From Candidatus Poribacteria bacterium (GTDB lineage: Bacteria; Poribacteria; WGA-4E; UBA9662), in assembly GCA_046582655.1 (NCBI GenBank), contig JAYGDX010000027.1, forward strand, positions 64,001 through 128,000: 64,000 nucleotides of DNA. Reading direction: 5' to 3'. Made by a program: the position numbers and the translations under genes. Position 1 is the first letter of the stretch; every line of letters begins with the position of its first letter. A model generated the notes under the pieces. The model had not been told where the DNA came from, did no database searches, and saw only the letters and a program-made list of their open reading frames with translations. Below, in pieces: positions 1-10,754 of the stretch.

Positions 1-1
1 G

Positions 2-949
2 TTTGGAACTCAGGATGATGTCGATTCAGTGATTGATCTATTGCAAGATGAAAATCAATGGATACGGCGGCAAGCCTGTAGTACACTCGGTCATTGGAAA
101 TCGGAGATGGCTGGTGAGCGATTAATACAAATACTCAGTGATGAAAGTGCTCATGTCCGTTCGGCTGCCTGCCAAGCACTGGCAGCAATCCAAGACACAC
201 AAGCAGTTTCAACGCTGATCATGCTTTTAAATGATGAAGATATATCTGTTCGTACCAGTGCCATTGAAGTATTAACCAAAATCGGTGACGCTTCGGCAGT
301 CGAGCCAGTGATTGAGAAGCTTGATGACGAAAGTTCATCTGTACGTTTAGCTGCATGCAGAGCAATGACTGTCTTCAGCGATACACGCGCTTGTGATGCC
401 CTTCTAAATTGTCTAAACGACGACAGCTACCTTACACGTCAATATGCTTGTCGGGCACTAGTGGAATCTGGCAATGACCAAGTAGCTGAAGCGCTAGTGG
501 AGAAGCTTGATGACGAAATGGCCGAAGTCCGCTCTGTGGCTTGCCAGTCGTTGCTGAAGTTACAGTATCATCAAGCTATCAATCCGATTTCGGCGTTGTT
601 ACAAGACGAAGATGTTTTCGTCCGACGGAGTGCCTGTAAATCAATATTGAATTTGGGTGAGAAAGAATCTCTGCTCCCTTTAGGCCGATTGGCTGATGAA
701 GAGGATTGGTGGATCCGCCAATATGTGTTTGAAGCAATGGCGAAATTGAGAAACCATCAGGCTGTCGAACCGCTTATTACTATGCTATCAATGGAAGAAG
801 ATCATCTCCATCAAAAGATTGAAGATGCGCTGATTGACATCCAAAATCGTGTGGATGATGAAGAAACGAAGAACAAGATCAAAGAAACATTGAACCCTTC
901 TGAAACCTCCGGCATAGTTACAGGGGGTGATCCTAATACAAGCCAATAG
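2..949 (+). CDS. HEAT-repeat (PBS lyase-like) protein, 5'-truncated by the window edge
   Basis: About nine ~31-aa repeats of the form L.D....VR..AC.AL..IG...A...L. The frame is open from base 2. Confidence 0.85.
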   Translation, partial: FGTQDDVDSVIDLLQDENQWIRRQACSTLGHWKSEMAGERLIQILSDESAHVRSAACQALAAIQDTQAVSTLIMLLNDEDISVRTSAIEVLTKIGDASAVEPVIEKLDDESSSVRLAACRAMTVFSDTRACDALLNCLNDDSYLTRQYACRALVESGNDQVAEALVEKLDDEMAEVRSVACQSLLKLQYHQAINPISALLQDEDVFVRRSACKSILNLGEKESLLPLGRLADEEDWWIRQYVFEAMAKLRNHQAVEPLITMLSMEEDHLHQKIEDALIDIQNRVDDEETKNKIKETLNPSETSGIVTGGDPNTSQ

Positions 950-967
950 AAAATCTCGGAGGAATAT

Positions 968-1986
968 GTGAAAGCAATTATTGTAGGTTTGGGTGGCCGT
1001 GCGCGAAGTTGGATCGAAGTCTGCCACAGAAACGCAGAGGTGGAGATCGTTGGATATATTGAACCTGTGCCGGAACAGCGTCAACGTGTTGCCGACCAGT
1101 ATAATATCCAATCTGATTAGCTTTTTGATTCCATTTCTGCCGCTTTGGATAGCGTCAGCCCAGATTTCGCCATTGACGTTACGCCACCCAAAGTACACGA
1201 GCCGACAGCTATAGAAATCTTTGCTGCGGGGGTCTTCACTTGATGGGTGAAAAACCGTTGAGTGACGATTTTGAAGCGGCTAAACGAATTGTAGATGCCT
1301 CGATTCAGGCCAAGAAAACCCATATGGTGCCGCAAAATTATCGATTCGGCACGCAACCGCGTACCACACATCGGTTACTCAAAGAAGGGATTATCGGTGC
1401 ACCAAATCAAGTAAAGGTCGGATTTTATCGGGCATGGGCGACACAGCCCGGCACTCACTATACGACTATGTCCTATCCACTAATCACTGATATGGGGATT
1501 CATCATTTTGATCTGTTGCGGTATGTCATGGACTGCGAGCCAGTTGCTGTGCATGCCAGAACGTGGAATCCTCCTTGGGGATTTCATGCTGGTGATGCCG
1601 GCCACACTGCCATCATTGATTTTGAGGGAGGGCTTGTTGCTACTCATCACGCTCTTGGCAGCCCGACTGGAAAATCATCGCCTTGGAATGGAGAATGGCG
1701 GATTGAAGGCCCTGAAGGAAGCCTTACCTGGGAAGAAGATCAGATTTTCCATACACGTGATTATCCTGCTAACCAACGTCGCCGTCAGGAAATACCGCAT
1801 GACAATTTACCTCTGATTGGTCAAGACGCAATCCTAATGGAGCTTTTGTCTGCTGTCAACGAGAATCGGGAGCCAGAATGCAGTGGACAAGACAACTTGA
1901 AATCCTTGGCAATTGTGTTTGCTGCCATCCGAAGTTCGAAAGAGAACCGCACGGTAAAAATTAGCGAACTGCTAAGCGATTCGTAG
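968..1986 (+). pseudogene. Gfo/Idh/MocA family oxidoreductase, disrupted
   Basis: GTG at 968 gives MKAIIVGLGGRARSW (Rossmann start). There is an in-frame TAG at 1118-1120, then a frameshift in the G run near 1230 that joins to LMGEKPL...DMGIHHFD (ORF 1240-1986). Confidence 0.85.
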
Positions 1987-2048
1987 CTTTTGTGTCAACA
2001 TTGCCACCAATTCAACTTTAGTCTTTATGTACGTTAGCTGGAAAGAAA

Positions 2049-3326
2049 ATGACAATTGAAACCGCATTTATCATGGACACCTCCCAAATAAAGTTCGGCT
2101 TTGGAGCAACGCACGAAGTCGGGCACGATATGCAGGCACTGGGTAGCAAAAGGGTGATGGTACTGACCGATCCCAATCTATCCGATAGCGAGCCTGTTTC
2201 AATTACCTTGACGGCGTTGGATCACGTTGGCGTTGATGCTGTCCTATTCGATCAAGTTCGTGTCGAACCGACAGATGTTTCTTTCAAACAGGCGATTGAC
2301 TTTGCCGTTGACGGTAATTTCGATGGGTACGTGGCAGTTGGCGGCGGATCCTGTATGGATACGGCCAAAGCTGCTAACCTTTACGCTACCTATCCAGCAG
2401 ATTTTCTGACTTATGTGAACCAGCCAATCGGGAAGGGCGAACCGGTGCCAGGACAACTCCAACCGTCAATTGCTATTCCCACAACTGCTGGCACCGGTAG
2501 TGAGACAACTGGGGTGGCTATTTTTGATTTGCTGGAAATGCGTGCCAAGACAGGTATAGCCCATCGGGCACTACGACCGTCCATGGGAATCGTAGATCCA
2601 AATAACACTCGGACACTTCCAAAAATCGTATCTGCTTGTTGTGGACTGGACGTGTTGAGTCACGCGCTGGAATCTTTGACCGCTTTGTCTTTTGATAAAC
2701 GTCTTGCACCCAAAAGTCCCAAATATCGACCTACCTACCAGGGCGCGAATCCAATTAGCAACCTGTGGGCTTCTCGTGCAATTGAAATGGTTTCTAAAAA
2801 CCTTGTTCGCGCAGTTGAAGATCCATCTGATGACGAAGCCAGAGGACAAATGCTTTTGGCTTCGACGTTTGCCGGCATTGGTTTCGGAAATGCTGGTGTT
2901 CATTTGCCGCATGGTATGTCCTACCCAGTTGCAGGAATGGTTCGAGACTTTATCCCTGAAGGATTCCCGAGTCCACATCCAATTGTGCCTCATGGAATGT
3001 CGGTTATTCTGAATGCACCGGCAGTCTTTCGTTTTACCGTGTCTACTAATCCCGAGCTACACCTTTACGTAGCTGAATTGATGGGAGCTGACATTTCTGG
3101 TGCCGATCCCAGTGACGCAGGTAAGATACTGACCAGTATGATTGTTGAACTGATGCAGAAAACGGGAATTCCTAACGGCTTATCTGCGGTCGGTTATGGC
3201 AAAGCGGATATTGACCAACTTGTGGCTGGTACGCTGCCGCAACATCGGGTAACCAAGCTTTCTCCACGACCAGCAAGTGCCGCTGATTTGGCAGAACTAT
3301 TCCTCGATTCATTGACATGTTGGTAG
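2049..3326 (+). CDS. Hydroxyacid-oxoacid transhydrogenase (iron-containing alcohol dehydrogenase family, ADHFE1-like)
   Basis: Motifs GGGSCMDTAKAANLY, PTTAGTGSETTG, GNAGVHLPHGMSYPVAG and PQHRVTKLSPR are typical of HOT. Confidence 0.9.
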   Translation: MTIETAFIMDTSQIKFGFGATHEVGHDMQALGSKRVMVLTDPNLSDSEPVSITLTALDHVGVDAVLFDQVRVEPTDVSFKQAIDFAVDGNFDGYVAVGGGSCMDTAKAANLYATYPADFLTYVNQPIGKGEPVPGQLQPSIAIPTTAGTGSETTGVAIFDLLEMRAKTGIAHRALRPSMGIVDPNNTRTLPKIVSACCGLDVLSHALESLTALSFDKRLAPKSPKYRPTYQGANPISNLWASRAIEMVSKNLVRAVEDPSDDEARGQMLLASTFAGIGFGNAGVHLPHGMSYPVAGMVRDFIPEGFPSPHPIVPHGMSVILNAPAVFRFTVSTNPELHLYVAELMGADISGADPSDAGKILTSMIVELMQKTGIPNGLSAVGYGKADIDQLVAGTLPQHRVTKLSPRPASAADLAELFLDSLTCW

Positions 3327-3529
3327 AAGAAATGTCAAGGGCGTAAATTCATGCTTGAAAGTGGTAGAGGATGTGCGGGGTATCCATGTTTCGATACTCT
3401 GCCATCCGCTTTCAATCTCAAATTCAGGTTTCACTTTTCTTCAACTCAGCCTAACGAAATCCGTGGATTATCTGGTCTATCCACATCTTTATTGCAGGAG
3501 CTAGTTTGTATGTTTCTACTTCGACTGTC

Positions 3530-3960
3530 TGGGTCAATCAGTCTCTACAGTTTGACGGAAATAATGACTACGTCAAAATTGAAGCATCTGACTTGGCACA
3601 ATCTTGGGTAGCCGAGATGTGGGTTAAGCGACAAAACACCATCAACAGTGCTGGGATTTTGATGAGTTCTAACCAATTTCCGCTTCGGTTAAAACGATGG
3701 TATAACACTGAGAAAGCTGGCTTCACAAAGTATAGCACTAAGATAGAGCTTATAATTATGAGGCACCAGTTGACTAGTGGAGGCGTTTAACTTACGTGGC
3801 TTCCTGCAACCAGATTCATTTCCATGTCGACGGAGCTTTTCAGGCAACGAAGGCTAGCAGTTTCTTTCGACTTCCTCGTGGGACATGTAGGTAAAAACGA
3901 AAATTCTATTAAAGGATAGTTGTATGAAGTTTGGCTTTGGAACCTAGGCTGTATCAGCTG
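3530..3960 (+). pseudogene. LamG/concanavalin A-like jellyroll domain remnant
   Basis: SLQFDGNNDYVKI...W.AEMWVKR, then in other frames and with stops NYEAPVD*WRRLTYV and IKG*LYEVWLWN, matching the LamG_3 pattern. Confidence 0.6.
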
Positions 3961-4324
3961 ATCAAATTTACTACTACTGTCTATAGGATATCCATATTCA
4001 TGGTGTGCAAAAGGAATCAAAAAGATAGCTGTTCGGTTTAATCAAGGGACAGGTCAAATCAATGGTTGCCTATAAATACCATTAGACCACCAGATCAATT
4101 TCAATTTCTGCTCAATTTTCCCAATCCTTCCAACCCGGAGACATGATTACCCAAATGTTCTTACCAACCAGCAAAGGTACACAGCTCAATTTTAGATTCA
4201 CACGGTCAATTGATACAAGTGATGAACCTCGGTTTCAAAGTTACTGGATATTACATGGATAGGAATTAAACTACATAATGGGATGGTCGAAACTAAGAAA
4301 GAGCCTTCAATAAGGAGATTGACT

Positions 4325-5627
4325 ATGACTGAAAGTGCTGAGCATTTTTCGCGTCGTAACTTTTTAAAAACTGTTGGATCTGCAGCTGCCAGTCTGGTAA
4401 CAACATCCATTGATAAAACAGCGTCGTCACAATCCTGGAACTATCCCAATGTGTTGGTCATTTTTCCTGATCAGTGGCGTCGTCAAGCCTTTGGGTGAGC
4501 TACGGTGATCCCGTTGTCAGAACACCTCATCTTGATCGGCTAGCGGAGCAGGGGGTTAGGTTTAAGCGGTGCTACGCTTCCAATCCCGTCTGTTCACCAT
4601 CTCGCGCTATATTCCAGACCGGTCGTTACGCGCACCAGACAGGGCTTATTCAAAACAACCTGTACTTGAAGGAGGAAGAACGTTGTTTTGCCGAAATTTT
4701 CAGTGAAAATGGATATGCCACCGGCTATATTGGGAAATGGCATCTGGATGGTTCACAAAAGCCGGGTTCCGTTACACCCGGTCGGCGTCAAGGCTGGCAA
4801 TATTTTGAAGGTTTTAATCGGGGGTACTATTATCCGAAAGGTGCCAAGTACTTTAAGTAATTATGGACAACTGATTTCCTCGCAAAAGTTCGAATCATAC
4901 TATCAAACCGATCTCGCGCTGAAGTATATGGAATCACAAAAAGACAATCATTTTCTGTTATTTGTCTCTTATGGCCCACCGCACACGCCATATAAACCAC
5001 CACCAGAATTCAATCATTACTGTCAAGTGGATATTGAATGGCATCCAAATGTGCCGGAAGAGCTTAGAGGAACTCCACGTCTAATCCGAGAAATATGCGG
5101 GTATTATGGGTTGTGTGAAACTGTAGATCAACAGGTTGAACGGTTACTGGCTTATCTAGATAAATCTGGACTGGTGGACAATACAATTGTCTTCTTTACT
5201 GCTGATCATGGCGATTGTCACGGTTCTCATGGACTTTATCGAAAGGGGCATCCAGAAGAAGAATCTCTTGGAATTCCACTCATTATTAGACACCCACCAT
5301 CAATTTCGAAGGGTGTTACAAGCGAGACGCTGGTTTCGACCGTCGATTTCCCTTGTATACTTTTGTCTATGTGTGGTCTCAAGATTCCTGAAATGATGGT
5401 GGGCAGGGATTTTTCATGGTCTACAGATGGAAAGTCGGATCAAACTAGCTCCATCTACACGGAAGGACGTATGTCACAACTGAAACCGCTCAAGAACCAA
5501 AAATCCCTCTTTAGGGCAAAGTATGGCGCTTGGCGATCAGTTATAAACTCAGAGTACAAATTGGTGGTTGATTACACTGGAAAAGTTCAGCGGCTATCAG
5601 ACTTGAAGAACGATCCATTTGAACTTA
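4325..5627 (+). pseudogene. Tat-exported type I (formylglycine-dependent) sulfatase, frameshifted and 3'-truncated by an IS
   Basis: Tat motif SRRNFLK, plus PNVLVIFPDQWR, CSPSR, GKWHL, PPHTPY, ADHGD and DLKNDPFEL spread over three frames (shifts near 4495 and 4855). It ends at the IS5 left end. Confidence 0.88.
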
Positions 5628-6334
5628 GGGTCTGTTAACATTCATTCATCGTTAGTGTCTTCTACGGTCATTGGAGGAAAGACCATATGAACAGAAAACT
5701 ATTACGAAACGACCAGTGGGAAGGCATCAAGGATCTTCTGCCAGGCAAGAGGAGGGTGACCCTGGCAAGACCGGCGCGGACAACCGATTGTTGATTGAAG
5801 CTGTGCTGTGGATTGCACGGACTGGGTCACCTTGGCGCGACCTGCTTCCTGCCTTTGGCAACTGGCACAGTGTGTACAGGCGGCACTCCCGTTGGGCAAA
5901 AAAGGGGTTTGGAAACTTTTGCTGGAACAGGTCTCCGATGATATTGATCTGGAACAACTTCTCCTGGATAGCAGAATCATTGGAGTTCATCAGCATGGTG
6001 CAGGTGCAAAAAAAAGAAGGGCCTCAGGCCATCGCTCGCTGGCGTGGTGGATTGACCACCAAGATTCATTCAGCAGTTGATGCCAATGATTTCATCCAAA
6101 TGATCCAAGACATGGGAGCCATGGTGGTCATACCAGTGCGCAGTAATCGCGCAACCAACAACCAGAGTCTGATCATCACTGGTACTAAGACCGCAACCTG
6201 ATGGAGCGTTTCTGCAATAGAATTAAACAGTTTCGCCGTATTGCTAGGCGCTATGAAAAGCTTGATCACAACTTCATGTCTAGGCTCAACTTGGTATGTA
6301 CCATCATCTGGTTGGCGTGAATGTTAACAGGCCC
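5628..6334 (+). mobile_element. IS5-family (IS427-group-like) element, degenerate and probably internally deleted
   Basis: 17-bp terminal inverted repeats GGGTCTGTTAACATTCA / TGAATGTTAACAGGCCC (1 mismatch), each flanked by TA. Transposase fragments LWIARTGSPWRDL, VHQHGAGAKK, GGLTTKIH and ERFCNRIKQFRRIARRYEK lie in several frames. Confidence 0.9.
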
Positions 6335-6336
6335 TA

Positions 6337-7249
6337 GCCAAAAGAGTTATTGTTGTCTGGAAGCTGAAAGAGTACAACCCAAAATTCCTATGCCCATGAT
6401 GCCTGGAATTGTCTGCTGCTCCGCTTAGAGCCTAAGCCAGAGAGATTGTGGCATGAGGCGCAACTCCATGTTGGTCGACAGAAAGGGGGGGTGGTCCTAG
6501 ACGACACAATGCTAGACAAACCTTATGCTAATGGAATTAGTTAGCAAACATTGGTCGGATAAACATAAGCGTGTGGTTAGGGGCATTAACCTGATTACTA
6601 TGTTATGGACAGAGGGCAGCAGTCATCTCCCTTGCCATTACAGAACTATGACAAGTCGAATGATAAAATGAGCAAAAGCGATCATTTTCGTTCTCTGCGA
6701 CAAAAAGCCAAAAAGCGTGGTTCTCGGCCTGCATGTATTCTATTTGACAGTTGGTATTCTAGTTTAGACAACCTGAAAGCAATCGGCGACATCGGATGTA
6801 TCTGGCTGACCAGGTTGAAAATGAATAGTCTACTTAATCCTGATGGTTGCGGCAATGTTCAAATAAAGGAACTCAATATTGATGCTGATGGTTTGATAGT
6901 TCATCTCAAAGGTTCTGGTTTTATCAAAGTCTTTAAGACTGTTTCCAAAAACAGAGGCCTTGAATACTGGGCAACCAATGACTTAAAAATGAGTCAAACC
7001 AGCTGACTCAAACTGAGTCGGTTATGTTGGAGCATAGAAGAATATTATCCAGGCCTCAAACAATTGGTTGGCATTGAACGTTCACAAGTCGGTTCTAACA
7101 AGGCTCAACGGAATCATATTGGCTTAGCCTTACGAGCATTTCTTCGTCTAGAACGTTATTGCTTCCGAACAGGGCATAGCTGGTTTAGTGCTAAAGTCGC
7201 TATTGTTTGGCATGCTGTGCAGGCATACTTAGCAAATCCTCTTTACTAA
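6337..7249 (+). mobile_element. IS701-family transposase remnant
   Basis: Fragments SYCCLEAERVQP, VLDDTMLDKPYA, VVRGINLITMLWT, ILFDSWYSSLDNLK and AQRNHIGLALRAFLRLE, with multiple stops and frameshifts. The 5' end is missing. Confidence 0.8.
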
Positions 7250-7298
7250 TTATCTGTAACTTTCACTGGATTTCTTGGGTATTTGTATACTTTTTTGC

Positions 7299-7329
7299 TT
7301 GACAGCAATTACCTACATTTAGATATAAT
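7299..7329 (+). promoter_or_regulatory. Putative sigma70 promoter of the 7.4-14 kb operon
   Basis: TTGACA (7299) and TATAAT (7324) with a rather long 19-bp spacer. Confidence 0.45.
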
Positions 7330-7405
7330 GGTTTGTGCTGGAATCAGATTACTATTTAAGCCGATACTTATTGTAGCCATGTCGGGGTAACATTTTAAGG
7401 AATCT

Positions 7406-8281
7406 ATGATGCCTAGAAAAGATTTGCAGATGGACGAAGAATTACAGAGGAAATTGGCGTCCCGTTTCGTTCTATATCGAATGATAGAAGAAGAGGAACA
7501 GATACCCGCCTTAATGGAGGATAATTACGTCTTTCTAGAGGATCTCATTAGTGAACATTATGATGAGTACTGGATAATCAAGAAAGGTACAGAATATTAT
7601 TCACCAACTCGAAAAGGGGAATTGATTTACCATAATTTCATTTCTCGCTGGTGGGATTTCATACTGACATACGATATATTCGCAGGCGTCGATTTGCTTG
7701 GAGGCACTTTTGCTGAAGATGAAGTAGACTGGGATGAAGCAGATGAAGCGGGACAACCTGTCTGGGAAGATCTGAGAGTGGCGGTTTGCATCTACAAACA
7801 GAGATTGGCAGAAAAAGAAGGTCGCAAAACAGACCTTAACCCTTTCACTATCGCTTTTATGTCACTTTTGTCCGAAAAGCGGATTGGAATGGGAAAATGT
7901 TGGCAGTTCGATCTTGTTTCCAGTGAATTTTGGCAAGAAGTTGAAGAAATCGGCAATACGAATCTTTGGCCTGAGGATCTGGGTTATATTGATGACGAAA
8001 CTGGTGAAGAAATATTAGGCGATAATGTGATACGCGACGTTATTGAGCAGGGAATTGAAGAAACCCGAAGAAGATGGGCCGATGCCGAAGATGGCGATGA
8101 CGACGAATACTTGAACCCACCGGATTCCTTGAAAACGCGTCAAGATGTGATTGAAGGATATGAGGAGGAAGTAACTTACTATGGATGGGGTTACGATCCT
8201 TTCTACTACGATCCGTATGCAGTTATTGGTGGTGGGTTCTTGACAGCAGCGTTCATAGGTGCTGTGTGGCTGGCGTTTTAG
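7406..8281 (+). CDS. Uncharacterised highly acidic protein with a C-terminal Tyr-rich segment and membrane anchor
   Basis: 291-aa ORF with an AAGGA RBS, very D/E-rich, ending YYGWGYDPFYYDPY followed by a hydrophobic helix. It is the first gene of the operon. Confidence 0.75.
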   Translation: MMPRKDLQMDEELQRKLASRFVLYRMIEEEEQIPALMEDNYVFLEDLISEHYDEYWIIKKGTEYYSPTRKGELIYHNFISRWWDFILTYDIFAGVDLLGGTFAEDEVDWDEADEAGQPVWEDLRVAVCIYKQRLAEKEGRKTDLNPFTIAFMSLLSEKRIGMGKCWQFDLVSSEFWQEVEEIGNTNLWPEDLGYIDDETGEEILGDNVIRDVIEQGIEETRRRWADAEDGDDDEYLNPPDSLKTRQDVIEGYEEEVTYYGWGYDPFYYDPYAVIGGGFLTAAFIGAVWLAF

Positions 8282-8301
8282 AGAACTAAGAGGAGAATGA
8301 A

Positions 8302-9318
8302 ATGAGAAGACTTTTCCTGATGTTGATAATCTGTTCTATGCTTGCAGTTCTAACGTTCTTTTTGGGATGTAATAAGGAATCGCAGGACTACCCGGTTGGT
8401 GTTGCCAGAACGAAAGTCTCGGCTAAGATTGATCTGACTGACAAGTTAAATCCAGCCATCCTCCCTGATGTAATGAAAGAAGTTCTAAGGGAAATAGCCC
8501 CTCAGGAAAAGCCCGAGTCAAAAAAATTCCAGCAACAAATTGTGCAGAACCTAAGCCAAAAGATCATGGACGATCCAGAGGTCAACTATCAAGTTGATCT
8601 CAACGAAGATGGAAATATAGATCCGTTGCTCGTGGTTCCCGAATCGGTGCAGAATCAAGCGGCTGTGTACTCACTTCGTGTACCAGATCCGGGGCAATAT
8701 GCCGTAGATCCAGATCAGAACGCCAATTGGCATCAGATAGCAAGAGATGGGATCGAACTTGTGGCAGTGTCGTTAACTTATGGTCAGGATAACTCATCAA
8801 TGATGATTAATGCTGAATCCAACCAACACGTTTACGAAGGAAGAGCCCACCATCACAAAGGTTCGTATTATGCTAGCGAGCATAGCTGGATGGGATCGTA
8901 TTTTCGGTACATGATTATGCGCGACATCCTTTTTAGTCCCTACGGATGGTATGGACCCAGGTGGTACGGAGGTTGGTATGGGGGTTACTACGGTCGATGG
9001 CATGCTCCTGTGGGAAGGCGCACAGTAACACAAACTACCACTCGTTATAGAAGAGCAATGCCTTCCAAAACAGCAGCAAGTAGTGTAGCCAGAAGCAGCA
9101 AAGCCAAAAATCGTACTCAGCAAGCCCCAAAATCCATCCAGAACATGAAGTCCAAACGTGTTATGACAGCTCGACGGGCGACATCTACGTCACGTAGTGG
9201 TGGATTTGGCAGAAACACTACTTCGTCACGCCGCAAAAGTTCTTCTCCTTCAAGAGGCCTGAAGCGGAGCCGGTCTGTCAGTTCTTTCAGAGGAGGCAGC
9301 AGAGGATTTGGGAAATGA
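8302..9318 (+). CDS. Putative lipoprotein with an EF-hand-like loop, a G/W/Y-rich segment and a basic RGG tail ending in GK
   Basis: Signal peptide with lipobox FFLG-C, DLNEDGNID, YGWYGPRWYGGWYGGYYG, and tail SRSGGFG...FRGGSRGFGK. RBS GAGGAG. Confidence 0.8.
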   Translation: MRRLFLMLIICSMLAVLTFFLGCNKESQDYPVGVARTKVSAKIDLTDKLNPAILPDVMKEVLREIAPQEKPESKKFQQQIVQNLSQKIMDDPEVNYQVDLNEDGNIDPLLVVPESVQNQAAVYSLRVPDPGQYAVDPDQNANWHQIARDGIELVAVSLTYGQDNSSMMINAESNQHVYEGRAHHHKGSYYASEHSWMGSYFRYMIMRDILFSPYGWYGPRWYGGWYGGYYGRWHAPVGRRTVTQTTTRYRRAMPSKTAASSVARSSKAKNRTQQAPKSIQNMKSKRVMTARRATSTSRSGGFGRNTTSSRRKSSSPSRGLKRSRSVSSFRGGSRGFGK

Positions 9319-9374
9319 CAGGTAATCCACTTTCCTTTTTAATCATGTTTGACTAGTCAAATAAAGGATGAGGA

Positions 9375-9959
9375 GTGATGGGGATTTTCGTCCTGCTTTT
9401 TGCTGTTTTAATAATAGCGGGGTTGATTTGGCTTCTCTTAAGGAAGAAGAATGTACCTGATTTGCCTGGATCGAGTTTGGATGATGTGGGACCGAGCGGT
9501 GTTATTCTGGTGAAGGGAGATGAATATCTGGTTGAACAAAAGAACAGATACGCTGGAGGAGGTGAAGAATCGTTTGAGTTGAAACTCACTGGTGATGAAG
9601 ATGTGACATTCTGGCTGAATTGGTACCGAGATGGAGGCCTGATCGTAACCATTACGCAGGAGGTTGATTTTGACGAATTAGAATTGACGTCTGCAGATTT
9701 AGACATGTTTGATAGCCAACAGATAGGTGAGTTTGATTTTGATGGTGTTGTATATCATTTAAGTGCGTCGGGAGAAAGCCAATTATATGAGAATTGTCAA
9801 TCGAATGGCGAGCCCTTTTACTACTGGGATTTTGGAGACGAGGAACACAAGCATGTCATTAATATCCAATACTGGGATAGAAACACCTATGAAGCCTCTA
9901 TTGGTGGATACATTCAGGAATCAGATATTGAGATTTATAGTATGACTGAGGATTCGTAA
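9375..9959 (+). CDS. DUF4178-like membrane-anchored protein
   Basis: N-terminal TM helix, then FDGVVYHL..SGE, FYYWDF and YEASIG patterns. Adjacent to DUF350 and speE-like genes. Confidence 0.7.
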   Translation: MMGIFVLLFAVLIIAGLIWLLLRKKNVPDLPGSSLDDVGPSGVILVKGDEYLVEQKNRYAGGGEESFELKLTGDEDVTFWLNWYRDGGLIVTITQEVDFDELELTSADLDMFDSQQIGEFDFDGVVYHLSASGESQLYENCQSNGEPFYYWDFGDEEHKHVINIQYWDRNTYEASIGGYIQESDIEIYSMTEDS

Positions 9960-9999
9960 TCTAAGATAAACAGGACAATTTTTACACAGGAGGTGTGAG

Positions 10000-10326
10000 A
10001 TGAAAAGCAAAGTGGTAAAGTGCAGTTTTGCCTTGGTGGCGAGCATGTTGTGCATTGTGCGTAGTGTAATGGCACAAGAAAATGCCATCCTAGGACAATC
10101 AATAAATAACGGCGTCTGGTTAGGTTTAGTGGAAGGTTTGATTGGGTCTGTGGTCTACAGTGTCTTGGGCATCGTGGTACTTATGGTTGGATTCAAAATT
10201 TTTGATTGGATTACACCCTTCAGCCTCAATACAGAAATAGAAGAAAAGAACAATACCGCTGCTGGGGTCATTGTTGCCGGTATAATGATTGCCCTGGGGC
10301 TGATTGTAGCGGCGGCAATACTTTAA
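10000..10326 (+). CDS. DUF350 (YjfL/UPF0719-like) membrane protein
   Basis: FDWITPFSLNTEIEEKNNTAAGVIVAGIMIALGLIVAAAI is the DUF350 signature. Confidence 0.9.
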   Translation: MKSKVVKCSFALVASMLCIVRSVMAQENAILGQSINNGVWLGLVEGLIGSVVYSVLGIVVLMVGFKIFDWITPFSLNTEIEEKNNTAAGVIVAGIMIALGLIVAAAIL

Positions 10327-10487
10327 TTACGAGACCTTACACAACCTGTACCTCTTTTGTTGAGCGGATGGGAAAGAAACATACACTTGATTCAGAGCAA
10401 AAGGAGCTAAAACGCACTGTGAAATCAATCTCTGAACACTCAGGGTTCCTACCGTTAGGGTTGTAATTTTCCAAGAGATTATTATAA

Positions 10488-10605
10488 TAGCTCCCTTGTA
10501 CAAGTAATAAAATTCGCCGGAATTTAGCCGTGATACAGCTAAACTCGCTGAGGTGTGGGTTCAAAAACATCAAAACTTCTGTTTTTTTGATTTATGCAAT
10601 AGGTC
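10488..10605. mobile_element. MITE copy 1 (diverged)
   Basis: Shares ...CAAAAA..TC.AAACTTCTGTTTTTTTGA.TTATGCAA.AGGTC and the left-end pattern with the copies at 23832 and 26002. Confidence 0.7.
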
Positions 10606-10754
10606 TCACCCAAACATTCTACATAATAGATCTCCATTGAAGGATATTGTCCCTCTTCTCTTATCGTTTCACTCCCAATTCTACAGACAAATCCTTTCCA
10701 TCTTCGCCATCTGGTGCCTTTTATACTTCAATAAAAATCAGGAAATAGGAGACT

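Noticed and set aside
10327..10487. Possible second element end (GAGACCTTACACAA) making a larger composite with MITE copy 1
   Set aside because: Only 7 bp match the right end and no other copy was seen, which is insufficient.
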